In this document: one piece after another, positions 50,876 through 64,000 of the stretch | How positions within the stretch are numbered: position 1 is the first letter of the stretch | How the letters are laid out: each line of letters begins with the position of its first letter | Assembly: GCF_006345805.1 (NCBI RefSeq) | Contig: NC_042997.1 | Location: 200,880,001 to 200,944,000 of the forward strand | DNA length: 64,000 nucleotides | DNA from: Octopus sinensis | Taxonomy: Eukaryota | Reading direction: 5' to 3' | The notes under the pieces: model-generated | Database searches by the model: none | Told to the model about the DNA's origin: nothing | The model's input: the letters and a program-made list of their open reading frames with translations, nothing else | Translations under genes and position numbers: made by a program

Positions 50876-51045
50876 CACACATATGGGCGTGTGTACGTAT
50901 GTATATATGTATGTATATATATAGGTGTGTATATATGTGCGTATATATATACATATATGTATATATATATACATACATATACATATATACATATACATGT
51001 GTGTGTGTGATTGTGTGTGTGTGTGTATGCATATGTATGTATATT
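50575..51045. repeat. (TA/TG)n compound microsatellite
   Basis: Directly visible. Confidence 0.93.
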
Positions 51046-51569
51046 AGCAACTTCACTTCTTTTCCAAAACTTATCAACTGTTCTCTATGTCACTTTATTC
51101 GTAACTTTTACAAAACCGATATCGATAAAAACACGTTGAAAACTTACTGAAAGTGTGACTGCTCGATATTTTCCAAATAAATCATAGTAAAAGATTTAAA
51201 ATATAAAGTCTGAGTCTGAGGGAGAGGATATTTATTGATGTGTCTCAGGAAGTCAATGTTGATGTTTAGCTTAAATGATACTGGAAAGTTAAAGATTTTT
51301 ATGTTAGAAATACAGTTTGTTAGAAATTTGAAGAACAGCCATTCTTGAACTGATATGTTAGAGAAAGGAATGGCAGATGTGATTCTTTGTGGGATTTAAG
51401 AAATGAAGGAAAATGACTAAATACTGCAAAAACGTTTAATGTAGGACTCTGCCCTTTCTGTCATTCAAATGCAAACTGCCAAAGAGTATGTATAAATGCA
51501 GTTGGTCAATGCCCATCTAAGATAAAAGAAGATATTGACCCCGCAGTTGATATCACCTCGCTTATTTTT

Positions 51570-51828
51570 TCATCATCATCACCATCACCATCATTATCAT
51601 CATCAGCATTATTGTCATTGTCATTGTCCTCATCATCATCACCATCATTGTCATTGTCATCGTGATCATCATCATTATCATCATAGTCCTCATCAGCATC
51701 ATCATCATCATTATCGTTGTTGTCATCCTCGTCGTCATTATCATCATTATCATTATCATTATAATCGTCATCATCGATATCATCATTGTCGTCATTGTCA
51801 TCATCATCATCATCAACATCGGCATCAT

Positions 51829-51864
<36 letters not shown>

Positions 51865-52120
51865 AATCATCCTCCTCCTCCTCATCATCATAGTCATCAT
51901 CATTATGATAATAATAATCATAATAGTCATCATCATCATCATCATAGTCATCATCATTATAATAATAATAATCATAGTCATCATCATCATCATCATCATA
52001 GTCATCATCGTTGTCATCGTCATCATCATCATCATTATTGTCATCATCGTCATCATCATCATCATCGTCATCGCCATCATCATCATCATCATCAAGATAG
52101 TCATCATCATCATCATCGTT
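51570..52120. repeat. (CAT)n degenerate microsatellite
   Basis: Directly visible. Confidence 0.95.
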
Positions 52121-52573
52121 TAATGTCCATCTTCCACACTGTCATTTTCTGGATGGTTTGACAAGAGTTGGCAAGCCGAAAGCCTGCATCAAGCTCCATC
52201 ATCTTCTTTGACATGATTTTTACTGCTGGATGCCAGTAAGGCAGCATTGGCATCAGCCAAAACTACAGTTTCCATTTTTGATTGTGATTTTGATTTTTGA
52301 TTTAGATTATGGCCGTTGCCAGCCTCGCCTGGCCCCCGTGCTGGTGGCACATAAAAAGCACCATCCGAACATGGCCGTTTGCCAGACTCGTCTGGCACCT
52401 GTGCCGGTGGCACGTAAAAACCACCCACTACACTCATGGAGTGGTTGGCGTTAGGAAGGGCATCCAGCCGTAGAAACACTGCCAGATCAAACTGGGCCTG
52501 GTGCAGCCTTCTGGCTTCCCAGACCCCAGTTGAACCGTCCAACCCATGCTAGCATGGAAAGCAGACGCTAAAC

Positions 52574-52606
<33 letters not shown>

Positions 52607-54080
52607 GATTGTACTTGACACAATAGGTCTCCTCAAGTATGGCATGTCCCCTGACGATTCAAGGGAACTATTTAAATGGGCTGGTTATGCGAAACTGGTA
52701 TAGGCTACGGCTGTGATCTCATTTTATTTGCCGGGTCTTCTCAATCACAGCATATCTCCAGCGGTCTCAGTCATTCTAAATCAAAATACTCACAATCATC
52801 AAAATCTCAAAGCTACAAGATAATACATGATTGATTCGAAACAATATGAATAATCTTTTACTCTTTTATGTGTTTCAGTCATTTGACTGTGGCCATGCTG
52901 GAGCACCACCTTTAGTCGAGCAAATCGACCCCAGCACTTATTCTTTTTAAGTTTAGTACTTATTCTATCGGTCTCTTTTGCTGAACCACTAAGTTACGGG
53001 GACATAAACACACCAACATCGGTTGTCAAGCGATGTAGGGGGGACAAACACAGACACACACACATACATATCTATATTCATATACATATATACGATGGGT
53101 TTCTTTCAGTTTCCGTCTACCAAATCCACTCACAAGGCTTTGGTCGGTCCGAGGCTATAGCAGAAGACACTTGCCCAAGGTGCCACGCAGTGGGACTGAA
53201 CCCAGAACCACGTAGTTCGTAAGCAAGCTACTTACCACACAGCCACTCCTGTGCCTATGTAATAATTGACATTTGACAGAGTAAGCTGAATGTTAGAGGG
53301 TTAAGGCAAATTGTAAAGTGAGCTCCTTAACCATGGGACCATTCTTACACCTACAGAAACTGAAACTAGCTAAAATCCATTTCCAGGAATGATATCTTAT
53401 AAAGAACAAATCTTCTACAAATTATCTCATGAGCTTTTCATATAAAGTACTTTGCAGGAAAAATGCATCAAATGAAGACCTCCATTTTGAAACTTTTCTA
53501 ACTCTATTTCTTCTCCTCTGACAATTATTTTCCTGGTTACTTCTTCAATTTTTCAAAGTTTATTTTTGTTTACACTGATTGTCATAACAACCATTATGTT
53601 CTCATATTTCACAACATCCGAAACCTGACTAATGTATTCCTTTGCCAATCTTTCTCTAATATCTCACAGTTCCAACATATTTTTCATTTAAAAAATTATG
53701 AATTATAACTTATTAAAGTTTCATAAAGTTTGTTTGAAATTACTGGCAATGTACTTAACATCAGTCCAGTTATTTATAGAATTAGTCTGGAAAAACATTT
53801 GAAGATGTTTAAAGATTTTCAATTAGATTAGACTCTATCCATTCAGTCTCAGCATTTTACGTAATAAATAATCAATGTTAGAGACCATTCCTTTTAAAAT
53901 CAAGAGTAGAGTCCACAGTGATCTGTATGTAGGAGAGGTGCAGCCGGAGGGTAAATATCCAAATGAGAATCCGTAAAGGGTAGATAAAGAGTAGATAAAA
54001 AGTAGATAAAGAGTCCAGTGGAGAAGTTCGTGTGTGGTAAGAAATGACAGGATCAACATGTACGACTGCGACCAGTCACC

Positions 54081-54440
54081 ATGATAGATCGTTAGCCACT
54101 ACACACATTTATTTCTCTCCTTGTTTTTTCTGTGTCCCTTTCTGTAGAAGAGCATAGGCTCGAAACATAAAAGACTTTTTCTGTTCCTGAGCGTTATACT
54201 AATGCATCTGTTTGTTTTGTACACCATCTGTCTTCATCTTTTGTTTTTTTTGTAAACTCTCCCTATATATATATATTGCTATGATAGATCGTTAGCCACT
54301 ACACACATTTTTTTCTCTCCTTGTTTTTTCTGTGTCCCTTTCTGTAGAAGAGCGTAAGCTCGAAACGTAAAAGACTTTTTCCCTGTTTGTTTTGTACACC
54401 ACCTGTCTTCGTCTTTTGTTTTTTTCTTAAACTCTCCCTA
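54081..54440 (+). ncRNA. Tandem 200-bp repeat, each unit with a minimal hammerhead-like motif with a variant core (family HH3)
   Basis: Units start at 54081 and 54281. cttt-ctgtaga-a-gagc-gtaa-gctc-gaaac-gta-aaag at 54338-54373; CpG-decayed copy at 54138-54173. Confidence 0.6.
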
Positions 54441-56329
54441 TTCCTTTTAAAACACAGACTGTCGTTTAAATATCAAATGAAAGCCATATTCTGGGTAGCC
54501 CTTTAAACACTTCACATCTGGGTGCTCCAAGTCATGGAAATGGAAAACAAGCAAATGAGGGAGCCTCAGTGTTATCTTTCATCATCATAAATGTTTAACG
54601 TCTGATTTTTGTGTGCCAGCATGGGTTGGGTGGTATTTGTTGAGGCAGATTTTCTATGGCCAGATACCCTTCACCTGTTTCCAGGCAAGGCAGTCTGTGG
54701 CAGTGTGATCCAATTACAGCTGAGTGGACTGGAGCAACCTGAAAGTAATGTTCTCAGCTCAATAGTTTAAATTACAATTCTATGGAATTTTTCTTTCCCT
54801 TTTTTTAAAAAATAATTTTGGCCTAAAAGTGAAAGATAAGCTTACTTAGATCTTCCATCTTGTTGACGTTTAATCTTAAGTCAACTAACCTTTATCTGGA
54901 AGAAATCTGATTAAAGGCCTGTCAACCAGGTTTTTTTCTATGTATGGTTTTTTAACCCTTTCTTTATTGCCCAGAGGGGTCAAAACATAGAAAGGAAAAA
55001 GCAAGGACAGACAAAGGGATTAAATCGATTACATAGCCCCAAGTGTGTAACTGGTAATTATTTAATTGACCCTGAAAGGATGAAAGGCAGAGTCAACCTC
55101 AGCAGAATTTGAACTCAGAACGTTCTGATAGAATAAGTACAGGTCTTAAAAAAGTAAATAAATAAATAAAAGCAAAAAGTACTTGGTTTGATTGATTCAC
55201 ATAGAAATTCTTCAAGACGGTGCTCCAGCATGGCCACAGCCTAATGACAGATACAAGCAATATATAAATGACAAAAGATTTATGTAACTGTATCGTAGCC
55301 CTCGTTTCTATAGCTGTTATGCAATATATTGACGCATGATATACGATGGCCCTTGTGCCTCATAGCTTACTGTAACATATTTACGTAAATAGAATTTATT
55401 ATGTAACATGTTTATGAATACGCTGTGCTGTAGCCCTTACATGTAATGTTTATTGATGGCTTGCCTGTTGTGTATTGTATGTAAAAGTTACGATGGGATG
55501 CTGTTACCGCTACTCCTGCTTGTGGTTTATTGTATGATATATTTATGTAAATGCCGTGATGTAAACGGTATCCCAATGTCTTATTAATATAATATATTCA
55601 TCAACGTTTTATATTTTATCTAATATTTCAAAACTGAAACATTTTTTTTCTTTGCCACCCTTTCAGAATATTATAACACGTTCCATTTTAGTTGGGGACC
55701 ATTTCCAATGCACTCGTACGAGACAGAAATTAAGTGTTTGAGTGGTTTGTCTAAAATACTTTTATGATACAAGTAAAATAAAATGGTTGCTAGCAATTGG
55801 CAAGTCTTGGGTTTTGTTTTATTGGAAGCAGAAAATGGAATCTATGGCTTCTGTGCATGAGAAGCATTCTTTTTAAAAAGATGTTGAATTGTTTTCTGCA
55901 GTGGTGCAGGAGTGGCTGTGTGGTAAGTAGCTTGCTTACCAACTACATGGTTCCGGGTTCAGTCGCACTGCATGACACTTTGGGCAAGTGTCTTCTACTA
56001 TAGCCTCAGGCCAACCAAAGCCTTGTGAGTGGATTTGGTAGACGGAAACTGAAAGAAGCCCGTCATATATATATATATGTATATATGTGTGTGTGTGCAT
56101 ATGTTTGTGTGTCTGTATTTGTCCCCCCAAACATTGCTTGACAACCGATGCTGGTGTGTTTACGGCTCCGTAACTTAGCAGTTTGGCAAAAGAGACCGAT
56201 AGAATAAGTACTAGGCTTATAAAGAATAAGTCCTGGGGTCGATTTGCTTGACTAAAGGCGGAGCTCCAGCATGGCCACAGTCAAATGACTAGAACACGTA
56301 AAAGAAAGTAATGAGAGTAGAATGACTGG

Positions 56330-56640
56330 CAAGGGCGAATGGAGTGGGGTGGTATGGGCATGTGTTGAGGAGGGATGAGGAGCATGTTCTGAAAAGGGTG
56401 CTAGAGTTTGGGGTAAATGGACTGCGAAAGCAAGGTAGACCGAGGAAAATGTGGAGGGGACAGGTGGAGGAAGAGATTGGGAAGGTTAGCTTGAGAAGGG
56501 GGGATGCCCAAAACCTGGCAAGATGGTGTGATGGTGGTTGCTATGGCATTGAGGTAGATCCAGCCACCTCTGTTAACGTGAACAAAACTCGGATTTAAAA
56601 TGATGGATGATGATGATGTATATATGATGATGGATGAGGA
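56330..56640 (+). pseudogene. RTE LINE C-terminal fragment with (GAT)n tail
   Basis: WYGHVLRRDEEHVLKRVLEFGVNGLRKQGRPRKMW...AQNLARW. Confidence 0.85.
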
Positions 56641-56991
56641 TGATGATGATGATGATGAGGAGGAGGAGGAGGAGGATGGATGATGATGATGATGACGATG
56701 ATAATGAAGAGTAATGTTGTTTTGGCAGAGGTTTAGAGGGGGTTTTCTAATTAAGTGTGTAAGAGAAAGATATGCATATAAATGCAGGCGTAGCTGTGGG
56801 AGAAGAACCTTGCTTTCCAGCCACATGGTTCTGGGTTCAGTTTTATTGTGTGGCACTTTGGACAAGCAGCTTCTACTATAGTCTCAGACCTACCAAAGCC
56901 TTTGTCAGTAGAATGTCAAGACAAGGAGATGCAAACACACATGAGTGCATGCATACAAACATATATGATTATATATATGTGTGTGTGTGTT

Positions 56992-57037
<46 letters not shown>

Positions 57038-57038
57038 A

Positions 57039-57093
<55 letters not shown>

Positions 57094-57099
57094 CACACA

Positions 57100-57516
57100 T
57101 TCAGAGACGTGCAACCAAACGCATACCCTCCATCAGACACCTACCATATTCTGAGCGCCTTGTTTCCCTGGGCATGGATTCACTGAAGCTCCGGCGTTTG
57201 GCGACGGACTTGGTAAACACCCACAAGGTTATCAACCATCTCACCAACAACAACACTGAACACCTTTTTGATCTCCATGTGTCTAACACACGTGGACATG
57301 CCTACAAAGTCAGAAAACAACACAGCTCCCATGACTTTCGGAAACATTTTTTCACGCTCAGAGTTGCTGAAGCATGGAGTAAACTGCCTGCGTCAGTTGT
57401 TGACTGCCATGACACTGCATCCTTAAAGGCCCTCATGCTTTCCGAAATCCGCCGAAACTACACCTGATTATATATACACTTTAGATGAGTTGTAGTGCAC
57501 CTGAGCACTGTACACA

Positions 57517-57550
<34 letters not shown>
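57100..57550 (+). pseudogene. CR1-clade LINE 3' end with (ATT)n tail (second family)
   Basis: IQRRATKRIP...LPYSERLVSLGMDSLKLRRL..DL...TRGHAYK...RKHFFTLRVAEAWSKLP. Confidence 0.88.
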
Positions 57551-57599
57551 TATTATTATATATATATATAAACACACATACACACATTTGTGTACATCA

Positions 57600-59050
57600 A
57601 TATCATCATCATTTAGCACCTGTTTTCGATGGTTTGACCAGAACTGGTAAAAGCCAGTGGCTTCGTCAGCAGCCTTGTCAGTCTCCACTCTTCTGTTCTG
57701 GCATGGTTTCTACATTTGGGTGCTCTTCCTAATGCCGACCACTCCACAGAGTGTACTGGGCACCTTTTATGTGGCACCAGCACCAGTATCAATTCTGCTG
57801 TGGTGTGCAGGACTGCTTGAATAGAGCAATGTGCCAGATATCTCAGTCCTTTGTCCTCTTCTTCGTAAGGCTCAGTGTCTTGAGATCGGCCTTCAGTTCT
57901 TCATCCACTGTCTTTCTGGCTCTCCCAGTCTTCCACAAGCTCCATCTACTTTAAGTGATTGGAACTTCTATATGCAACACTCTACATTTATACACATCAC
58001 ATGACCAAACCAGCACAGTCTCATCTGTTGTACACAGCATCAAATTCCTCTTATGCCCAACTTCTCCCTGAATATACTAGTACCGTCACACATATACACT
58101 GGCATTGCACATTCAGCAGAGCATTCTAGCTTCTTTCCTCTTTAGCCATTGCATGTCTTCTGCATTCAGGGCCCGCATCTCACTGCCATGTAGTATTGCT
58201 GTTTGCATACATGCACCATACAATCTTCCATTCATTTGAAGAAAGAAACCAATGGTTGCCAAAAGAGGTAAAATCTCACTGAATTTTCTCCATCTTCTTC
58301 TTATTCTAGTGACTATACTTTCTGTGTATCCTCCCCTACAGCTAATCAGCGCCCCATCCCCCCCACCGGTAGCCAACATTGCCCACTACCTCTAAAGAGC
58401 CTTCGGGGCATTTGAGAAAATCAATTTCCTGAGTATCTATAGTTTTTATGGCTCCAGTGCCTCTTCCACATATGAACACTACCTTCTCTGATGACCTTCC
58501 TATTATTCCACTGCACTTTGTGTATCCATAACTGACACTGGATACAGTGTATGGAATTACTACCTACACCCTATCTATGTATTGAGTAGAGCTGTTTACT
58601 TGATGGAGGAAGGGTCCTGTCTGTTTTCTTGCAAACTAGAAGCTTAGTCTTTGCTAAGTTAATTTTTAGGCCTTTTGATTCTAGGTTTTGCTTCCACACC
58701 TGGAATTTCTTTTCTAGTTCTGTTACAGAATCTCCTATAAGAGCATGATGATCATCATATAACAGTTCCCAGAGGCAGCCAGTCTCGAATTCCCCTATAA
58801 TGGCCTGGAGGATGATGATGAATAGGAGGGGACTGAGAACTGAACCCTAAATTCATCATTAGACTCATGGTTGACTTTCACCTTACTGACAAAACCTCTG
58901 TACATGGCTTATAAGGCTTTCAGAAGCCAATCATCTGCTCCTAATTTCTTCAGAACCCAGTATATCACACAGCAGGATATTCTTTCAAAAGCTTTTTCTG
59001 AGTCAACAAATACCAAATACAATGGTTTGTTCTTGGCCTGGACAAAAGGA
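57600..59050 (-). pseudogene. RTE LINE: reverse transcriptase domain to 3' tail, decayed
   Basis: FVDSEKAFE, SVLSPLLF, LLYDD and INLAKTK motifs in order, then the C-terminus and the RTE-tail repeat. Stops and frameshifts present. Confidence 0.9.
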
Positions 59051-61245
59051 GAATTTGAAAATGAAAAGGAAAATAAAAGATAGTGTTTTATTGAAGCTGT
59101 AGAACTTCACAAACCGTTGCTCAGATTTTCATGTAAACCAATATCAGGAAAATGATCATTTATGTGAAACTGTGAGTAAGAGCTTGTGAAGTTTTACAGC
59201 TACTATAACACGGAAACACACACACACACACATAGACAGATCGATAGATAGATATGTTTCTTTATTAGCCACACAGGGCTGCACACAGACGAGACAGATT
59301 ACAAAGTAGAGCTTTTCTTTTTTGGGGAGAGAAAAAAAGAAAAGTGGGGTAGGTTTTCGATCAAAAGTGATCGTAAAAAGGAAAGAAAAAAAAAGAAAAA
59401 AAACAGGAAAGGAAAAAAATGATTAGTAGGGATCATGTATCAGATAGATGCAGAGAGAGAGAGAGAAAGAAAGAAAGAAAGAGAATGTGCTTCTTTCAGT
59501 TTCCGTTAGTCAAATCCCTTCACTGGACTCCTGTTAATCCAGGTCTATAGTTAAAAACACATGCTCATAGCTCATAGAACATTCTGCTCCAGTGCGTTTG
59601 TCACATATGAAGCTTACATTCCTTGATAACCAGCCTGTGATTCCACAAGCTATGGACACACATCTTGTGCATCCATAGCTTAAATTGAGTCCAGCATGTG
59701 GAGTTTATACCAACTCCTTTTCTACATATCCTTATTTCTTTACTACCCACAAGGGGCTAAACACAGAGAAGACAAACAAGGACAGACAAATGGATTAAGT
59801 CGATTATATCAACTGGTACTTATTTAATCGACCCCGAAAGGATGAAAGGCAAAGTCGACCTCGGCGACTTTTCTACATATCCTGCAAGGCCATTTCTCTG
59901 ATATATCAGAATCCTGACATCTTTTCTCATTACTAAGGCCTTAGTCTTTGCAAAGTTTACCTCAAACCTTCTCGATTCAAGATTTAGTTTCCATGCCTTA
60001 AATTTCCTCCCTAATTCCCCTGTAGATTCAACTATAAGAACTAGCTCACCAAATTATCATCATCATCATCATCGTTTAACGTCTGCTTTCCATGCTAGCA
60101 TGGGTTGGACGTATGACTGAGGGCTGGCGAACCAGATGGCTGCACCAGGCTCCAATCTTGATCTGGCAGAGTTTCTACAGCTGGATGCCCTACCTAACAC
60201 CAACCACTCCAAGAGTGTAGTGGGTGCTTTTATGTGCCACTGGCACGGGGCCAGTCAGGCGGCACTGGCAATGACCTCACTCGAATCTTTTACACATGCC
60301 ACCGGCACAGGTGCCAGTAAGGCGATGCTGGTAACGATCACGCTCAAATGGTGTCTTTTACATGCCATCGGCATGGAGGCCATATAGCCACTCTGCCAAC
60401 GATCACACTCAGATGGTGCTCTTAATACCCTACTAGCATGGGGCTTGAGTGCCAGTAAGGCAATGCTGGTAATGATCACACTTGAATGGTGTCTTTTACG
60501 TGCCACCGGCATGGAGGCTAGAAAGCCGCTCTGGCAACGATCACGCTCAGATGGTGCTCTTAATACCCTACTAGCACAGGGCTCGAGTGCCAGTAAGGCG
60601 ACGCTGGTAACGATCACGCTCAAATGGAGTCTTTTACGTGCAATATGAATGATAAAAATAACAGTTTAACTTTTAAACCCCAAAGCCTCATGGGACATTC
60701 TAGAAAACATTAACTGGCTAATATAAACCACGGAGTTCATCTCCCTGGAGAGAATTAATGCTATTTAAGCTAGAGGCCATGAATCTTTAGACCTACATTT
60801 AATTAAGATAATTTCCATTCTCCGTTTTTCTCTCCAAAAGATTATTCCTCTTGTGACTGCCACAATATTTCTCTATTTCTCATTTGCGAGGTATTCCACC
60901 TCTCATTGACATTTTTATTATTTCTTGATTTCTACACACAACCTACATATATATATATAACAAATTACGCATTATGTATATTGAAGATGTCTTGTATTAT
61001 TAATAAACACTGTTGAAGATAATTCTTTCTCTTATTAATTATTTAACATATTCACCACAACACAATTGTAACCTCTTAACAAGTATCATAAAACAAGAGA
61101 AACATTTACGGTAAAGTCTTTGATTGAATCAAAATTTTCGATCTGTCAGAGTTAAAACTAACTGCAAGGCAGATCTGCAATTTAAAATACATTGCAATAT
61201 ATTAATAGTATATTACATTATATTACAATATATAATATTATATTA

Positions 61246-61278
<33 letters not shown>

Positions 61279-61279
61279 A

Positions 61280-61354
<75 letters not shown>

Positions 61355-61421
61355 TATACATACATACTTACACACACACACACACACATATATAATATAT
61401 ATGTATGTATATGTTTATATA

Positions 61422-61461
<40 letters not shown>

Positions 61462-62611
61462 TTATTTACTTTTTTCTTGTTTTACTTGTTTCAGGCATTT
61501 GACTGCAGCCATGCTGGAGCACCTCCTTTATTCGAACAGATCGACCCCAGGATTTATTCTTTGTGAGCCTAGTACTCATTCTATTGGTCTCTTTTGCTGA
61601 AGCGCTAGGTTACAATGATGTAAGTACACCAACATCGCTTGTCAAGTGATGGTGAAGGAACAAACACAGACAGACAAATGCACACACACAGCTATCTATC
61701 AATCTATCTATCTATCTATATATATATATATATATATATACAATGGGCTTCTTTCAGTTTCCATCTACGGAATCCCCTCACAAGGCTTTCGTCAGCCTGA
61801 GGCTATAGTAGAATACACTTGTGCAAGTTGTCACACAGTTGGACCGAACCCAAAACGATGCAGTTGGTAAGCAAGCAACTTACCACACAGCCACTCCTGC
61901 GCCTATATACATATATAAAACAACTTTGATTTACACAGAAAAATAAAAGAAAAAATTAATTTATTAAAAAATGTGTCTGAGAAATTATGTATTTATTGAT
62001 GATTTCTTGTCTCTACATATAAATGATCTGAAATAAAAAGGAATAACTTAGACAGTTGCGACTACGAATATTTTTTACTTTGCGTTTGATAAATATATTA
62101 GCTTGAGAAAACTAACAATTATAAAGTTAGTATTATATAATCAAAGCGTTCAGGTGTAAAATTGTATTTGAGATGTCAACTAAAGAAGCAAATAGTAGAC
62201 CGGATTAGAGGAAGCAGCTGATGTGTTTTACAAAAATTCCACCATTTGTTATAGAATGGCTGATAATAATACTAAGGATGTGACTAATCAGAAGACAAAC
62301 ATGCAAAGAAACCATTTGAATTGATGAACACTGGGAAATAATTAAACTGAAAGCAAATTCTAACAGACATTTTAATGAGAAATCATTGATAGAATAAAGG
62401 GATAAAATGAGATGAATTACTTTACATATTGGCAATTTGTTGACATTGTTCTAACTATTTCATGTTGTTCAATCAATTTTGTGATGTTGTGACATTCATC
62501 CTGTATCAGAACTGAAGGGCAAAATTTAGTTACAAGTGTTACATCTGCATTGTCATTGTCTTATGTCTGACTGCCATAACGGTTTACATTTTAAGTCGCT
62601 GTCCTCTTCTG

Positions 62612-63560
62612 ATTTCTTTACTGCCCACAAGGGGCTAAACACAGAGAGGACAAACAAGGACAGACAAATGGATTAAGTCTATTATATCGACCCCAGAGCG
62701 TAACAGGTACATATTTAATCGACCCCGAAAGGATGAAAGGCAACATTGACCTTGGCAGAATTTGAACTCAGAACATAGCGGTAGACAAAATACCTATTTC
62801 TATACTAATTACAAGGGGCTAAACACAGAGAGGACAAACAAATGCACCAAGTCGATTATATCGACCCCAGTGCATAACTGGTACTTATTTAATCGACCCC
62901 AAAAGGATGAAAGGCAAAGTCGGCCTCAGTGGAATTTGAACTCAGAATGTAAACACAGACGAAATACCTATTTCTTTATTACCCACAAGGGGCTACACGT
63001 AGAGGACAAACAAGGACAGACAAACAGATTAAGTTGATTATATCGACTCCAGTGCGTAACTGGTACTTATTTAATCGACCCCGAAAGGATGAAAGGCAAA
63101 GTCGACCTCGACAGAATTTGAACTCAGAACGTAGTGGCAGACAAAATACCTATTTCTTTACTACCCACAAGGGGCTAAACACAGAGAGGACAAACAAGGA
63201 GAGACGAACGGATTAATTCGATTATATCGACCCCAGAGCGTAACTGGTACTTATTTAATCGACCCCCAAAAGGATGAAAGGCAAAGTCGACCTCAGCGGA
63301 ATTTGAACTCAGAACGTAACGGCAGACGAAATACCAATTTCTTTACTACCACAAGGGGCTAAACACAGAGAGGGCAAATGGATTAAGTCGATTATATCGA
63401 CCCCAGTGCGTAACTGGTACTTATTTAATCGACCTTGAAAGAATGAAAGGCAAAGTTGACCCCGAAAGAATGGAAGGCAAAGATGACCTTGGTGGAATTT
63501 GAACTCAGAACGTAGCGGCAGATGAAATACTGCTAAGCATTTCGCCCGGCGTGCTAACTT
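62612..63560 (-). mobile_element. SINE family B, pentameric head-to-tail concatemer
   Basis: Units of about 174-186 bp start near 62613, 62796, 62970, 63151 and 63337. Only the last (the 5'-most on minus) has the full head. Confidence 0.9.
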
Positions 63561-63894
63561 CACTGTCCTCTTCTATGGGTCAAGGGTCTGATTTGTTTAT
63601 GTGTTTCATTTCTGGGATGGTTTCTGGGGTCGGATGACCTTCCTATACAGTTCTATATTTAAGAGATGAGGAACCACTATGCCATATACCCACAGGCATA
63701 TATATGGTTAAGTGGTTAAGAGCATGGGTTACTAACCCCAAGATTCCGAGTTCAATTTCAGGCAGTGACCTGAATAATAATGATAATAATGATAATAATA
63801 ATAACAATAAAATGCCCTAGGTGTATGGAAAACACGGCAAGAAATGGAAGAAAATTTGAAGAAAGAAGGGAACAAAAACAATAATAATAATAAT

Positions 63895-64000
63895 ATTAAC
63901 ATCGAAAATACTTTAGGAATGAGAACCCAGTTTTGAAATTTCCCCAAGACACCTGAAGAAGGCTGGAGGATATATCAGCCGAAATGTTGTGTTAATAACA
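63895..64000 (+). ncRNA. Hammerhead ribozyme repeat (family HH1), best-preserved copy
   Basis: gacac-ctgaaga-a-ggctg-gaggatatat-cagcc-gaaa-tgtt-gtgtt (63948-63993): intact CUGANGA and GAAA, stems I and II paired, minimal stem III. Confidence 0.75.

Noticed and set aside
53400-53950. Protein-like frames (minus 53400-53660 KIIVRGEEIELEKF; plus SDLYVGE near 53920)
   Set aside because: Interrupted by stops and too short to assign to a LINE ORF1 or a GIY-YIG domain.

Overview
Eukaryotic, repeat-saturated, mostly non-coding DNA. The organism is inferred to be an octopus (coleoid cephalopod), from recall of the SINE families and from the extreme microsatellite load. No complete protein-coding gene can be supported, and almost every long ORF in the track is a microsatellite artefact. 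Contents: three tRNA-headed SINE families (dozens of copies, some as head-to-tail concatemers); decayed RTE, CR1-like and R4/Dong-like (restriction-like endonuclease) non-LTR fragments; two Penelope-type GIY-YIG remnants; mariner and hAT relics; a full-length but mutated U2 snRNA copy; a near-identical 1.25-kb tandem duplication; and several foldbacks. Two things stand out. (1) A 1.55-kb island (9594-11148), roughly 80% A+T and sealed between two (TA)n tracts, carries collinear but strongly diverged landmarks of a bacterial/organellar-type SSU rRNA followed by a reduced LSU rRNA. It does not look like a standard cephalopod NUMT. (2) Three unrelated families of minimal type I hammerhead-ribozyme repeats occur in inverted or tandem pairs. 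One family sits directly downstream of R4/Dong 3' ends at two loci, and another has a non-canonical core. All family assignments come from motif recognition by eye, not from database searches.
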